Shown here: piece after piece, positions 9,501 to 18,568 of the stretch
Numbering within the stretch: position 1 is the stretch's first letter
Layout of the letters: every line of letters starts with the position of its first letter
DNA from: a virus
DNA: 64,000 bases
Reading direction: 5' to 3' (one strand)
IMG/VR virus record: IMGVR_UViG_3300012347_000302
Coordinates: 20 to 64,019 of that record
Made by a program: the position numbers and the translations under genes
Notes under the pieces: model-generated
Database searches by the model: none
What the model was told of the DNA's origin: nothing
The model's input: only the letters and a program-made list of their open reading frames with translations

Positions 9501-11481
9501 TGTGGTGGGGACATTAGGCGGCATATCCACAAGCACGGACGCAACCACATGGACTGCCCGTACCTCCGGTGTAACTACAACACTCAACTGGGTGGCGTAT
9601 GGCGCTGGTACTTACGTCGCCGTTGGGAACAGTGGGGTTGTGCTTACGAGCCCTGACGGTGTAACGTGGACGCCGCAAACTTCAGGAGTAGCCACCACCC
9701 TGTCCTACATAACCTACGCGGCTGGCCTTTTTGTAGTGGTGGGCGCAAGCGGCGTCATACTAACCAGTCCTGATGGAGTAACTTGGACGCCACAGACTTC
9801 TGGAGTTGCCACAAGCTTGACCACGGTTATTTATGCAAACAGCTTGTTTGTAACTGTTGGGCTAAGTGGCGTTATTTTGACCAGCCCTGACGGAGTATCG
9901 TGGACTCCGCAAACTTCCGGCACGGTGAGTAGCTTACAGGGGGTTGCTTGGTCTGGGACAGAATACGCAGTCTCCGGCGGGGCTAGTACCATCCTTACAA
10001 GCCCCGATGCAATCACATGGACGCCAGCGCTGTTCGGGGCTAACGCGTTTGATGCCTTTAGCCTCACGGGCACTTCGACTTGGCAAAATGAAATTGTTTC
10101 TACAACAAGTGGAACGCAGCAAACCATTGTGCAACCTGACATTTGGTACGTTGGGGCAAATTCCATAGACGGCGGCAACAACACTGGGCTGACCTTTTCC
10201 GCTGGCGGTGGCATCGACTTTTTGTATTTTCGGGACATCAACGGCAAAAGCAGCGGAGGTCCAATTGCCGTCTACATCACCGAAGGTGCCACTGGCAGCA
10301 GCAGCGAGTCCCCGGTTGGCACGTACAACATCACGCTGGCAGAGACCACTACAGCAAGCGACATCTCGGCGGCCCAGCTTTTGTACATCGGCACACTTAG
10401 TGAGTCGGCCACAATCGCGGATGTTGCGGAGGCGGTCAAGCTCTATCTCGCCTCCGTCTCTGAGTCGGCCACATCCGCCGATCTGATCTCGGCTGCGTTG
10501 ACCTTTGCGTCCACAGTGTCGGAATTGACTGCAGCCTCCGAAAGCCTTGCGGTTCAGTCAATTTTGACCGCGCCCGTTTCCGAGTTGGCAACAGCTGCCG
10601 ACTCCATCGTGGGTGGGCTGTTCTTCCTATCTGGAGTTTCCGAAGCCGCGACCGCAGCCGATACTGCCGCAGCCTTGCTGATCTTTAATCGCACAATCTC
10701 CGAGGCCACTACGGCTGCCGAGGTGCTGGCGGCGATCGCCACCTTCCAAGCTGCAGTACCTGAGTCGGTCGTAGGGTCGGACATTGCCAGAGCGCTGTTG
10801 CAGGTAGGCGCGAGTGTGAGTGAGTCGCTTTCTGCCTTGGACTCGACTATTGCAGCACGCACAACAAGCCCAACGGTCTCTGAGTCCGCCACATCCAGCG
10901 AGGCCGTCACAAACGTTTACACGTCACGCCCAGCGATTTCCGAATCTGCGCAAGTCATTGACGCCGCGCAGGTGGTTGCCAGCACATTTAGTGCTGCTTC
11001 CGCCGAAACGGCCAACGCTCTGGATACGCCCCAAGGGGCCAACACAGGCACGTCAACTCTGGCCGAGAGCGCGACTGGCAGCGAATCAAACGCCGCCGCG
11101 TTCAACCCCAGCACTCAGATCAGCGAGAGCGCCCAGCAAAGCGACTCAACGTCAGCCGTAGCGGCGTTCTTTTCGGACGCATCGGAGCTGGCAACCGCTC
11201 AGGATGCAGCCCGTGTTGCGCCATCGGTGTTCAGTGCAGTGGCTTTGGCTGCTGCGCAAGCTGCTGAGTCGTTCAACCCCGCTGGAAGCGTCTACAACGC
11301 GGTCCTGCCAATCCAAGGCGCCGGCATCACGGACAGCCTCATCGGGGCCTTCCTGTGGAACGACGTTGATGACAACCAGACCCCGAACTGGCAAAATGTG
11401 AACAATACGCAGACGCCTGCGTGGACGGATGTAACCGATACGCAAAACCCGGGGTGGAACCCCATTACCCCACAAGGATAA
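6565..11481 (+). CDS. Large tail fibre/adhesin with two Asp-box (BNR-like) propeller blocks and C-terminal xSES[AT] repeats
   Basis: MADRYWVGGTGTW N-terminus; G/T/S-rich; 12 TS[PAT]D[GA]x[TS]W repeats; repeated SES/SEA units in the last ~350 aa. Confidence 0.85.
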   Translation: MADRYWVGGTGTWDATSTTHWSATSGGASGASVPTASDIVFFDELSNATAYTVTCTGTLACSYLHMGPALAGNITWAGTAAITITDGLDLAWGMGTGAIARTYTGALTFNGSNTGNFIFTNGVSLASAFTINGTGDWTLAGALTTTGTLTVTQGTFTTNNYSVAATAFNSTGSLSRTVSFGSSTITLSSIGTILQFTPEGLVFNCGTSTITASNTTASSVNVFRGGAQTFYDLTFTSSNPATVNFQEYANTFRNVTIAGRAASGVKILQLEANQTITGTLTISAGSNATMRTFVRSSLIGATRTLTCAAIASLSDIDFRDIAIAGAAAPVSGTRLGDCKGNSGITFGAGKTVYWRSTISANWGGVNSWSATSGGAADVTQFPLAQDTAVFPAATYPASGATATIDAAYNIGTIDMSLRTSNTMTLAGGTSGPNFYGNWINGTGTTISGTTLFTFAGQGSQTITSAGRSFTQQITTNSPGGSVTLQDAYSGTSLAITSGTFAANNYNVTLSGLVTLTANTTRTIDIGSGTWSVNGGWTATNGNNLTLTGSGVINITQTDGQVWVSRTSGTSNTLRALAAKPGVVVAVGLGGVIISSPDGITWATQTSGTGNTFYAAAYGAGLFVASGDGGVLRTSPDGATWTTQTDISGIAVKGMVWSGALFVAVGNSGQVRTSADGISWTSQTSGTATRLNGIGWGNGLFVAAGDSGVLITSPDGVTWTSQTSGVATDLNAVTYGAGVYVAVGNSGVVRTSADGVTWTSRTSGVATALFAVFFNGKQFIFCGASQVVRTSPDGITWTSRTSAVTGTLYAAVWAGTAQFIVAGNTGILSSSTTTFIFDGGCIQTYPTLNLSGDAPVRLAGANKFADITNTSVAPLELIPEQSTVTSSGMTWVGSRFVAFSNSQGPSVVTQVYGDVWQRVLYGSTSSLSSPLFYATWTGSLAVGVGTPGIATSTDGLTWALQTSNLPGTGAGVVYGNSLYVVVGTLGGISTSTDATTWTARTSGVTTTLNWVAYGAGTYVAVGNSGVVLTSPDGVTWTPQTSGVATTLSYITYAAGLFVVVGASGVILTSPDGVTWTPQTSGVATSLTTVIYANSLFVTVGLSGVILTSPDGVSWTPQTSGTVSSLQGVAWSGTEYAVSGGASTILTSPDAITWTPALFGANAFDAFSLTGTSTWQNEIVSTTSGTQQTIVQPDIWYVGANSIDGGNNTGLTFSAGGGIDFLYFRDINGKSSGGPIAVYITEGATGSSSESPVGTYNITLAETTTASDISAAQLLYIGTLSESATIADVAEAVKLYLASVSESATSADLISAALTFASTVSELTAASESLAVQSILTAPVSELATAADSIVGGLFFLSGVSEAATAADTAAALLIFNRTISEATTAAEVLAAIATFQAAVPESVVGSDIARALLQVGASVSESLSALDSTIAARTTSPTVSESATSSEAVTNVYTSRPAISESAQVIDAAQVVASTFSAASAETANALDTPQGANTGTSTLAESATGSESNAAAFNPSTQISESAQQSDSTSAVAAFFSDASELATAQDAARVAPSVFSAVALAAAQAAESFNPAGSVYNAVLPIQGAGITDSLIGAFLWNDVDDNQTPNWQNVNNTQTPAWTDVTDTQNPGWNPITPQG
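8332..10029 (+). repeat. Two blocks of six ~40-aa Asp-box-like repeats
   Basis: G(V)xxTSPDGxTWTxQTSG recurs six times at about 8330-8970 and six times at about 9400-10030. Confidence 0.85.
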
Positions 11482-11484
11482 AAC

Positions 11485-12318
11485 ATGTCGAGTAGCTTTT
11501 CAAATCTTAAATTTGAACTCATCGGGACTGGTGAACAGTCCGGCAGCTGGGGCGCATCTACCAACACGAACATTGGCACTGCCATTGAGCAGGCTATCGT
11601 AGGCATGGCTACCCTGACATCGGGGGATTTCACGGCCAACGTAGCAACGTTGGTGTTGGCGGACACATCCGCGCTACAAAATGCCCGGGCGGCGTGTATA
11701 AATATCGCGGCGGGAGCCGTATCTGCGGCGGGCACCATCAATGTCCCGGCCATCGAGAAAAACTACATCATCATCAACGGCAGTAGCTTTGCAGTGACGG
11801 TTAAAGTATCCGGCCAGACTGGCGTAGCTGTTCCGGCTGGCAAGCGCACCGTGGTGTACAACAACGGCACAGATGTTGGTCAGATGTTTGACTATATGCC
11901 GGCTCTGCAGTCCACCTTCACTGGCAGCCTTGTGGGCAACGCTGATACCGTCACCAACGGCGTGTACCTCGCAACGGCACAGACGCTGACCAACAAGGTT
12001 TATCAAGCCAGCAAGGAGGTCAAGACGGCGATTGCAGCCGCCAATATCGACCTGTCCTTGGGCAACTACTACTCCAAGACCATTTCGGGCACCACAACAT
12101 TTACGGTGTCCAACACGCCCGCCAGCGGCACTGCCAGCGCCTTTGTCCTTGAGCTGACCAACGGGGGCTCAGCTACGGTTACTTGGTGGGCAGGAGTTAA
12201 ATGGGCCTACGGCACTGCCCCGGTCCTGACCCTTTCGGGCGTCGATGTGCTGGCGTTCTACACATTTGACGGTGGCACCACATGGCGAGCCTTCTTGTTG
12301 GCCAAGGATAGCAAATGA
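11485..12318 (+). CDS. Tail fibre protein
   Basis: LKFELIGTGEQSGSWG..TN.N N-terminus; IDLSLGNYYSKT...VKW..GTAP...GVDV..F...DGGTTW C-terminal module. Confidence 0.75.
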   Translation: MSSSFSNLKFELIGTGEQSGSWGASTNTNIGTAIEQAIVGMATLTSGDFTANVATLVLADTSALQNARAACINIAAGAVSAAGTINVPAIEKNYIIINGSSFAVTVKVSGQTGVAVPAGKRTVVYNNGTDVGQMFDYMPALQSTFTGSLVGNADTVTNGVYLATAQTLTNKVYQASKEVKTAIAAANIDLSLGNYYSKTISGTTTFTVSNTPASGTASAFVLELTNGGSATVTWWAGVKWAYGTAPVLTLSGVDVLAFYTFDGGTTWRAFLLAKDSK

Positions 12319-13964
12319 GCATCATCAACATAATCATGGCAGCTGCTGGAAACACCTCCACGGGTCCTTGGGATTTGGCTGGGGCAGGCTACGTCGGGGA
12401 ACCCTTTCCCGCAACGCCAAACGGCGTAGACGCAGCGCCCTCGGGAGTATTTTTCAAGCCTGACGGGCTGAAGATGTTTGTGTGCGGGTTTGGTTCGGAT
12501 GCGGTTTATGAGTACACCCTATCAGTTGCGTGGTCTGTGGGTACCGCGGTGTACACCGGCGTCTCCTTCAGCGCTGCTGCCCAAGACACAACCATCAAAA
12601 GCATGGCCATGTCGTCTGACGGTACCGCAATGTTTTTGGCGGGCGACACGACCAACAAAATCTACCAGTACACGCTTGGCACTGCATGGTCGCTCGCGAC
12701 CGCCAGCTACGCAAGTAAGTCAAAGGATGTGACCGCCGAGGTGCCAAGCGTCGGGGGGTTGGCTTTCAATGATACCGGCACGGCAATGTACGTGTCGTCA
12801 GCAAGTTTTGTAAGTGCCACCGTGTATCAGTACACACTGGCAACTGCGTGGGATGTATCCACTGCTACCTATGCACTCAAGTCTTTTGCGGGGTCTGGCG
12901 CGGCGATCAACGGCATATTTTTGGCCTCAAGCGGAACCAAACTCTTTATGCTTTCTACGAGCGGCCCTGCGGTCGTCTACAGCTACAACTTAGGCACAGC
13001 CGACGACGTAACCACTGCGGTATCGACGGGCCAGTCGGCAAACATTACGTACTTGGACAACACCTCGGTGTATGGGCTGTTCATCGCACCGACTGGCGAC
13101 AAGATGTATGTTGCTGCTGCCAACGTGCAAGAGCGCGTATTCGAGCTTGCGATGTCCACCGCGTACAACCTGAGCACTGCGACGTTTGCGTACCAGCTGC
13201 CGGACATGCTGTACCTCGGAGCTCAACTGCAGTACCCGACGGGTATGTACCTCACTGACGATGGGTTGAACGTGTATTTTACGCGGGACCTCGGGTCCGG
13301 CAGTTCGGTCACGCAATACGCGGTTGGGACAGCATGGGACTTACAAAGCTCGACGTACTCGGGTAAGGCGTACAGCATCGCAGCGCAAGACTCCAACCCC
13401 GGAGGCATTTCAATGTCCGCGGACATGACGAAAATGTTTGTGTTCGGGCAAGCGACAGACAAGCTGTATTTGTACAACCTCGGCACCCCCGGAGATGTGA
13501 CGACCGCCTCGTACTCAGGCACTTCGTTTAGTGTGGCCACGCAATCAACAAGCGTGGCGTCTGTCTTCTTCGCAGCGAACGGGCTGTACTTCTACGCCGT
13601 CAATCCATTCACGGACCTTGTGTACCAGTACAACCTATCGGTGGCTTGGGACCTGACCACTGCGACGTATAGCGCAAAATCCTTCAGCGTGGTCTCACAG
13701 GCTCCTGCCTGCTCTACTGTGTATGTTTCGCCGGATGGCGCATACATGTACGCAATCAACGGCGCTGCCCTCAGTAGCATTGTGTACGAGTACGCGATGA
13801 CAACAGCGTTCGACATCTCAACGGCCTACTACACGAGCCGCGCGTATGATTTTTCAGACCAAGAGACTGCGGCCAAGGCACTTTTCTTTAAGCCTGACGG
13901 GCTGCGTATGTATCTTGCGGGGTCGAATAACCGCACAGCATTCCAGTACTCGCTTGGGCTTTAA
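12315..13964 (+). CDS. Beta-propeller receptor-binding/tail-fibre-associated protein (10 repeats)
   Basis: Ten ~50-aa repeats of the form G.FF.PDG.KMY....D..YQY.L..AWD..TA.Y. Confidence 0.8.
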   Translation: MSIINIIMAAAGNTSTGPWDLAGAGYVGEPFPATPNGVDAAPSGVFFKPDGLKMFVCGFGSDAVYEYTLSVAWSVGTAVYTGVSFSAAAQDTTIKSMAMSSDGTAMFLAGDTTNKIYQYTLGTAWSLATASYASKSKDVTAEVPSVGGLAFNDTGTAMYVSSASFVSATVYQYTLATAWDVSTATYALKSFAGSGAAINGIFLASSGTKLFMLSTSGPAVVYSYNLGTADDVTTAVSTGQSANITYLDNTSVYGLFIAPTGDKMYVAAANVQERVFELAMSTAYNLSTATFAYQLPDMLYLGAQLQYPTGMYLTDDGLNVYFTRDLGSGSSVTQYAVGTAWDLQSSTYSGKAYSIAAQDSNPGGISMSADMTKMFVFGQATDKLYLYNLGTPGDVTTASYSGTSFSVATQSTSVASVFFAANGLYFYAVNPFTDLVYQYNLSVAWDLTTATYSAKSFSVVSQAPACSTVYVSPDGAYMYAINGAALSSIVYEYAMTTAFDISTAYYTSRAYDFSDQETAAKALFFKPDGLRMYLAGSNNRTAFQYSLGL

Positions 13965-13978
13965 CAAGGAGCATAGAT

Positions 13979-14437
13979 ATGCTCGCTGAACTCGCTGCCG
14001 CTAACGCCGCCTTCGCGGTAATCAAAGGTGCTCTGGCCAATGGCAAGGAGCTGTCTGCGCTCGGCGGCCGCGTGTTCGACTATTTTGACAACAAAGCCAA
14101 GATTCAGGAGAAGGCCACAAGCAAGGCGGCCGGCGGCGCTGAACGTTCCGACATGGAAGAGTTCATGGCTTTGGAGCAACTCAAGCAGCAGGAGGAACAC
14201 CTGCGCGAGTCCATGGTCTATGCCGGTCGGCCGGGCATGTGGGACGACTGGGTAAAATTCCAAGCGCAAGCTGCGCGGCGCCGCCGTGAGGCCAAGGAAG
14301 CCGCAGTTCGTGCAGCCGCAGCACGCAAGCAAAGAGCCGAGCAGATGGCGGAGTATGTTGCCGTCGGGCTGGCTACCGCCGTCCTCGCGGTCTTGATGAT
14401 CTACGGCATCGTGATGTACATGAGGCACTTGCGGTGA
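13979..14437 (+). CDS. Hypothetical coiled-coil protein with C-terminal TM helix
   Basis: AAGGAG RBS; C-terminal hydrophobic YVAVGLATAVLAVLMIYGIVMY. Confidence 0.7.
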   Translation: MLAELAAANAAFAVIKGALANGKELSALGGRVFDYFDNKAKIQEKATSKAAGGAERSDMEEFMALEQLKQQEEHLRESMVYAGRPGMWDDWVKFQAQAARRRREAKEAAVRAAAARKQRAEQMAEYVAVGLATAVLAVLMIYGIVMYMRHLR

Positions 14438-15051
14438 GCGACGACAAGCTAAACCCCTCCTCGACGTTAGATAAGGTGCTCGGGTATGTGGACTCGCCGT
14501 TCAAGCTGTTTGCCATCCTCGTCATGGGGGTGGTTGCCTTTGCCGGGTATTTCCTGTGGCAGAACCAAGAGTTCATGCGCGATGCCTACAAAGAGTCCAA
14601 GAAGCTGCCCGAGATCAACACCAGCCGGGTAGATGAAACCTCTGCGATGCTGTTCAAAAAGACGGGCGCGGCGACCGTAGCGATCTTCAAAGTCAACCCG
14701 CTGTTCAACTCGCGGGTGCTGTATAAAGCCTACACTAAGGATGGCAGGGACAAAAGCATTGAGGACATCGACGTTGGCCTGTTCAGCCAAAACTCTGGCA
14801 ACAACAACGACGTGATCGCCTTGATGACCAACCAGATTCCTTGCAGCGAGTACCGGTACGCGCAGTCTGAGGTTGGGTTGTGGTACATCGAGAAGGGCGT
14901 GGGCTTCACCTGCCGCGTGAGCGTGCCGCCAGACAGCCACCGGTTTGTTGGCCAAGTCACCGTGGGCTGGCCACAGCAGCCCGAGAACCTCGAACAGATA
15001 AAATTCATGCTGGAAATCGCCAGCGCAATGCTAACCAAAAGGGGCAACTGA
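14434..15051 (+). CDS. Single-TM membrane protein, candidate T4 gpT-like holin with GAF-like soluble domain
   Basis: N-terminal TM (LFAILVMGVVAFAGYFLW) then ~160-aa domain ending FVGQVTVGW...LEIASAML; lies just upstream of the holin and endolysin. Confidence 0.5.
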   Translation: MSDDKLNPSSTLDKVLGYVDSPFKLFAILVMGVVAFAGYFLWQNQEFMRDAYKESKKLPEINTSRVDETSAMLFKKTGAATVAIFKVNPLFNSRVLYKAYTKDGRDKSIEDIDVGLFSQNSGNNNDVIALMTNQIPCSEYRYAQSEVGLWYIEKGVGFTCRVSVPPDSHRFVGQVTVGWPQQPENLEQIKFMLEIASAMLTKRGN

Positions 15052-15515
15052 TGAACCTCGCTGACCTGAACCCTATTGCTGCAATCGGCGGCAAGCTGAT
15101 TGACCGTTTTTTGCCTGATCCTGTGGCCGCTGAAAAGGCCAAGGCCGAGCTGGCGCAGATGCAGCAGAACGGTGAGTTGGCCCAAATGGCAAACGAGACC
15201 AAGCTGGTTGAGTTGGGCAACGCCAATACGGACAGCGCCCGAGACATGAACGCCAAGGTGCAGGAGTCGGCGAACGCCTCATGGCTGGCAAAGAACACAG
15301 CTTACGCGCTGGACGTGGGTATTGTTTCTGCCACCATCTTCTTGGCTTGGTTTGCTTTTATGAAGGGCGTGCCAGACGCCAACAAAGAGCTGGTCTACAT
15401 GGCGCTCGGCTCGCTCATCACCATGAGCGGCACCATCCTCAACTTCCACCGCGGTAGCTCGCAAGGCTCCAAAGACAAAGGCGCCGACCTTCAAAATCTG
15501 AAAGACAAGAAATGA
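15051..15515 (+). CDS. Holin, GTA 3TM-like (DUF3154-like)
   Basis: IAAIGGKLIDRFLPDP..AEKAK N-terminus; two hydrophobic helices; F.RGSS.GS.DK; overlaps the endolysin start. Confidence 0.7.
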   Translation: MNLADLNPIAAIGGKLIDRFLPDPVAAEKAKAELAQMQQNGELAQMANETKLVELGNANTDSARDMNAKVQESANASWLAKNTAYALDVGIVSATIFLAWFAFMKGVPDANKELVYMALGSLITMSGTILNFHRGSSQGSKDKGADLQNLKDKK

Positions 15516-16024
15516 AACAGAACTTCGCTGAAGCCCTGCAAAAGCTGCTGCACCATGAAGGCGGCTTCGTAAATCACCCCAGCGATCCGGGCGGCATGAC
15601 CAACCTCGGCGTGACCAAGGCCGTTTGGGAGGAGTGGGTGGGCCATCCTGTGGATGAGAAGCAGATGCGGGCGCTGGACCCTGCTACCGTTGCGCCGCTA
15701 TACCGAGCCAAGTATTGGGACAAGATCAAGGGTGACGACCTGCCAACGGGTGTGGACTACGCCGTCTTTGACGCTGCCGTGAACTCGGGCCCGGGCCGGG
15801 CGGCCAAATGGCTGCAGTCTTGTGTCGGTGTTGAGCCCGACGGTGGCATTGGCCCCAAGACGCTGGCCGCCGTGGCCGCTTTCGCTCCCGCTGAGCTGGT
15901 CGAAGACTACGCCAAGCGCCGCCTGTCCTTCTTGATGGATTTGCCGCATTGGGGTACATTTGGGAAGGGCTGGAGCCGCCGCGTGGCGGAAGTGCAATCG
16001 ACAGCCTCATCCATGACTGCGTGA
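15512..16024 (+). CDS. Endolysin, glycoside hydrolase family 108 with PG-binding domain
   Basis: HEGGFVNHPSDPGGMTNLGVT catalytic motif; FD.AVNSGPGRA; DG.IGPKT; FGKGW.RR. Confidence 0.92.
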   Translation: MKQNFAEALQKLLHHEGGFVNHPSDPGGMTNLGVTKAVWEEWVGHPVDEKQMRALDPATVAPLYRAKYWDKIKGDDLPTGVDYAVFDAAVNSGPGRAAKWLQSCVGVEPDGGIGPKTLAAVAAFAPAELVEDYAKRRLSFLMDLPHWGTFGKGWSRRVAEVQSTASSMTA

Positions 16025-16032
16025 GGTAAACC

Positions 16033-17907
16033 GTGCCACTCAAAAAGCTTACCCTAAAAGCCGGGGTGAACCGTGAAAACACCCGATATACGACCGAAAA
16101 CGGCTGGTACGAGTCCGACAAGGTTCGCTTTCGCCAAGGGACTCCTGAAAAAATTGGGGGCTGGAACCGCATATCCCCAGCGTATTTTCGCGGTGTGTGC
16201 AGTTCTCTGTGGAACTGGGCGACTCTGGGTGGGGCCAACCTGATCGGCGTCGGAACGAATTTGAAGTTCTACATCGAGCTAAACGGCCAATACAACGACG
16301 TCACACCACTGCGGGGCACGGCCACTCTCAATAACCCATTTGCGGCAGTAAGTGGGTCGGACGTACTCACTGTCATCGACGTTGCGCATGGGTGTATCAC
16401 GGGCGACTTCGTTACCTTCAGTGGGGCCGCATCGCTGGGTGGCGCTATCACAGCCACAGTGCTCAATACGGAGTTCCAAGTCACGGTGGTCACGGTGGAT
16501 ACGTACACTGTGGTGGCGAGTGCCACGGCCAATGGTTCGGATGTTGGCGGTGGTGGAGCCGCGGTCACCGCGGAGTATCAGATCAACACCGCCCCTGCCG
16601 TTACGGTTCCTACATTTGGGTGGGGGGCTGGCCCGTGGGGCTCCGGCGGGTGGGGGATCGGGGAAACTACCAACTACCCTATCCGGCAGTGGAGCCAGAA
16701 CAACTTCGGAGAAGACTTGGTGTTCGGTCCGCGAGGCGGCGCGATCTACTACTGGAACAACCTGCTAGGTGTCGGCACCCGCGCCGTCTCCGCGGATAGT
16801 TTGGTTGGCGCGTCCGACGTACCGACGGTGCAAAACTACCTGCTTGTGTCCGATGCTTCGCGATTTGTTTTTGCCTTTGGGGCGAACGACTACGGCTCCG
16901 CGGTTCAAAACCCAATGCTGCTGCGGTGGTCGGACCAAGAGAGCGTCACCATGTGGACCCCAGCAGCGACGAATCAAGCTGGCAGCTTACTGCTGTCGCA
17001 TGGCTCCAAAATAGTAACCGCCCTGCAGACACGGCAGGAAATTTTGGTCTTTACCGACTCATCGCTGTATTCCCTGCAGTACCTTGGAGCGCCCGCAGTG
17101 TGGGGCTCGCAGTTGATGGGGGACAACATCTCCATTGCCGGGCAGTCATGCGCGTCTGTTGCATCGGGGGTGGTGTATTGGATGGGCGTAGACAAATTCT
17201 ACAAGTACGACGGCCGCGTACAAACTCTTCGGTGTGACTTGCGCCAGTTCATCTTCGGGGACATAAACTTGGAGCAGGCGGACCAGTTCTTTTCAGGTAC
17301 CAACGAAGGCTTCACTGAGGTGTGGTTTTTCTACTGCAGTGCAAACTCAATGACGATAGACCGCTACGCAATCTACAACTACGTCGAGAACAACGGAGAG
17401 GGCGCTTGGTACTACGGCTCCATGGTCCGTACGGCATGGCTGGATTCAGGACTACGCGACTACCCCATGGCAGCTACGGGCACCAACAACATTGTGTACC
17501 ATGAGTACGGGGTGGATGATGTGGAAACGGAAGTCCCGATGCCCATCAATGCGATCATCAGCTCGGCCGAGTTTGACATCGACGACGGCGACCATTTTGG
17601 GTTTGTGTGGCGCATCTTGCCGGACATCACGTTCCGCGGGTCCTCCACTGGGAGCCCGCAGGCCACCATGACGCTGATCCCCATGCAGAACTCAGGCTCC
17701 GGGTACAACAACCCCGCGTCCGTTGCCGGCAGTGATAGTGCCACGGTTGTACGCACCGCCACGGTACCGATCGAGCAGTTCACCGGGCAGGTCTATGTCC
17801 GGGTTCGCGGGCGCCAGATGATCCTGCAGTTGGAGTCCAATCAGCTTGGGTGTACTTGGCAGCTGGGGTCTCCGCGGATTGACATCCGCCAAGACGGGCG
17901 GCGTTGA
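16033..17907 (+). CDS. Tail nozzle/tail tubular protein B-like
   Basis: 624 aa; LRWSDQE, VYWMG.DKFY.YDG.V, RTAW.D and G.PRIDIRQDGRR motifs typical of podovirus nozzles. Confidence 0.75.
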   Translation: MPLKKLTLKAGVNRENTRYTTENGWYESDKVRFRQGTPEKIGGWNRISPAYFRGVCSSLWNWATLGGANLIGVGTNLKFYIELNGQYNDVTPLRGTATLNNPFAAVSGSDVLTVIDVAHGCITGDFVTFSGAASLGGAITATVLNTEFQVTVVTVDTYTVVASATANGSDVGGGGAAVTAEYQINTAPAVTVPTFGWGAGPWGSGGWGIGETTNYPIRQWSQNNFGEDLVFGPRGGAIYYWNNLLGVGTRAVSADSLVGASDVPTVQNYLLVSDASRFVFAFGANDYGSAVQNPMLLRWSDQESVTMWTPAATNQAGSLLLSHGSKIVTALQTRQEILVFTDSSLYSLQYLGAPAVWGSQLMGDNISIAGQSCASVASGVVYWMGVDKFYKYDGRVQTLRCDLRQFIFGDINLEQADQFFSGTNEGFTEVWFFYCSANSMTIDRYAIYNYVENNGEGAWYYGSMVRTAWLDSGLRDYPMAATGTNNIVYHEYGVDDVETEVPMPINAIISSAEFDIDDGDHFGFVWRILPDITFRGSSTGSPQATMTLIPMQNSGSGYNNPASVAGSDSATVVRTATVPIEQFTGQVYVRVRGRQMILQLESNQLGCTWQLGSPRIDIRQDGRR

Positions 17908-17908
17908 T

Positions 17909-18568
17909 ATGAGTCGGTTTACAACCTTTGTAGGGGCTTTGAGCCAAGTATCGCCTCCGAGTCTTCCGCTGGCCCCGCAGCAATACGCGCCGCAGTACCA
18001 AGACCAACTCAACAACGTGCTGCGGTTGTACTTCAGCCGCATCTCGGACACACTCGGCGCGGTCGTGGGGACTGATGGCGGGCGGTACGTTGACTGCCCG
18101 AACGGCGTGTTTTTTAACACGGTAGACCAGACCTTTGCTGCCATCAATACGGCGTACCCAGCGGTGTTTAACCAGACGTACCTGAACAACGCGATCAGCT
18201 TGGCATCCTCCAGCCGAGTCACTGCGAGTGTCGATGGGGTGTATAACGTCCAGTATTCCGGGCAGCTGGTTACGAGCAGTGGCAGCGCCAAGACCGCGTA
18301 CGTCTGGATTCGCAGGAACGGCATCGACATCGGGTACTCGACGCGGGCGTACACACTGACGTCCAACAACAACCAAAGCGCTGTCGAATGGGCTTTTGAC
18401 ATTGATCTCGGTGAGGGCGAATACGTGGAGATTGTCATGGCAGTCACTGATCTGGCGATCAAGCTGGAAGGTGTGGCAGCCGCAGCCCCGCACCCGGGTA
18501 TCCCATCATCGGTTTTGTCGGTAAACTTCATCGCCCCCCTGCCAAACCCACGACCCGTAGCACCATGA
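17909..18568 (+). CDS. Tail-associated protein with C1q/TNF-like jelly-roll C-terminus
   Basis: P.LPLAP..Y...YQDQLNNVLRLYF N-terminus; GVYNVQYSGQL...W.RRNG.DI. Confidence 0.65.
   Translation: MSRFTTFVGALSQVSPPSLPLAPQQYAPQYQDQLNNVLRLYFSRISDTLGAVVGTDGGRYVDCPNGVFFNTVDQTFAAINTAYPAVFNQTYLNNAISLASSSRVTASVDGVYNVQYSGQLVTSSGSAKTAYVWIRRNGIDIGYSTRAYTLTSNNNQSAVEWAFDIDLGEGEYVEIVMAVTDLAIKLEGVAAAAPHPGIPSSVLSVNFIAPLPNPRPVAP

Noticed and set aside
6565-13964. Diversity-generating retroelement targeting the tail fibres
   Set aside because: No reverse transcriptase and no TR/VR pair differing at adenines was seen; the repeats are ordinary in-frame domain repeats.
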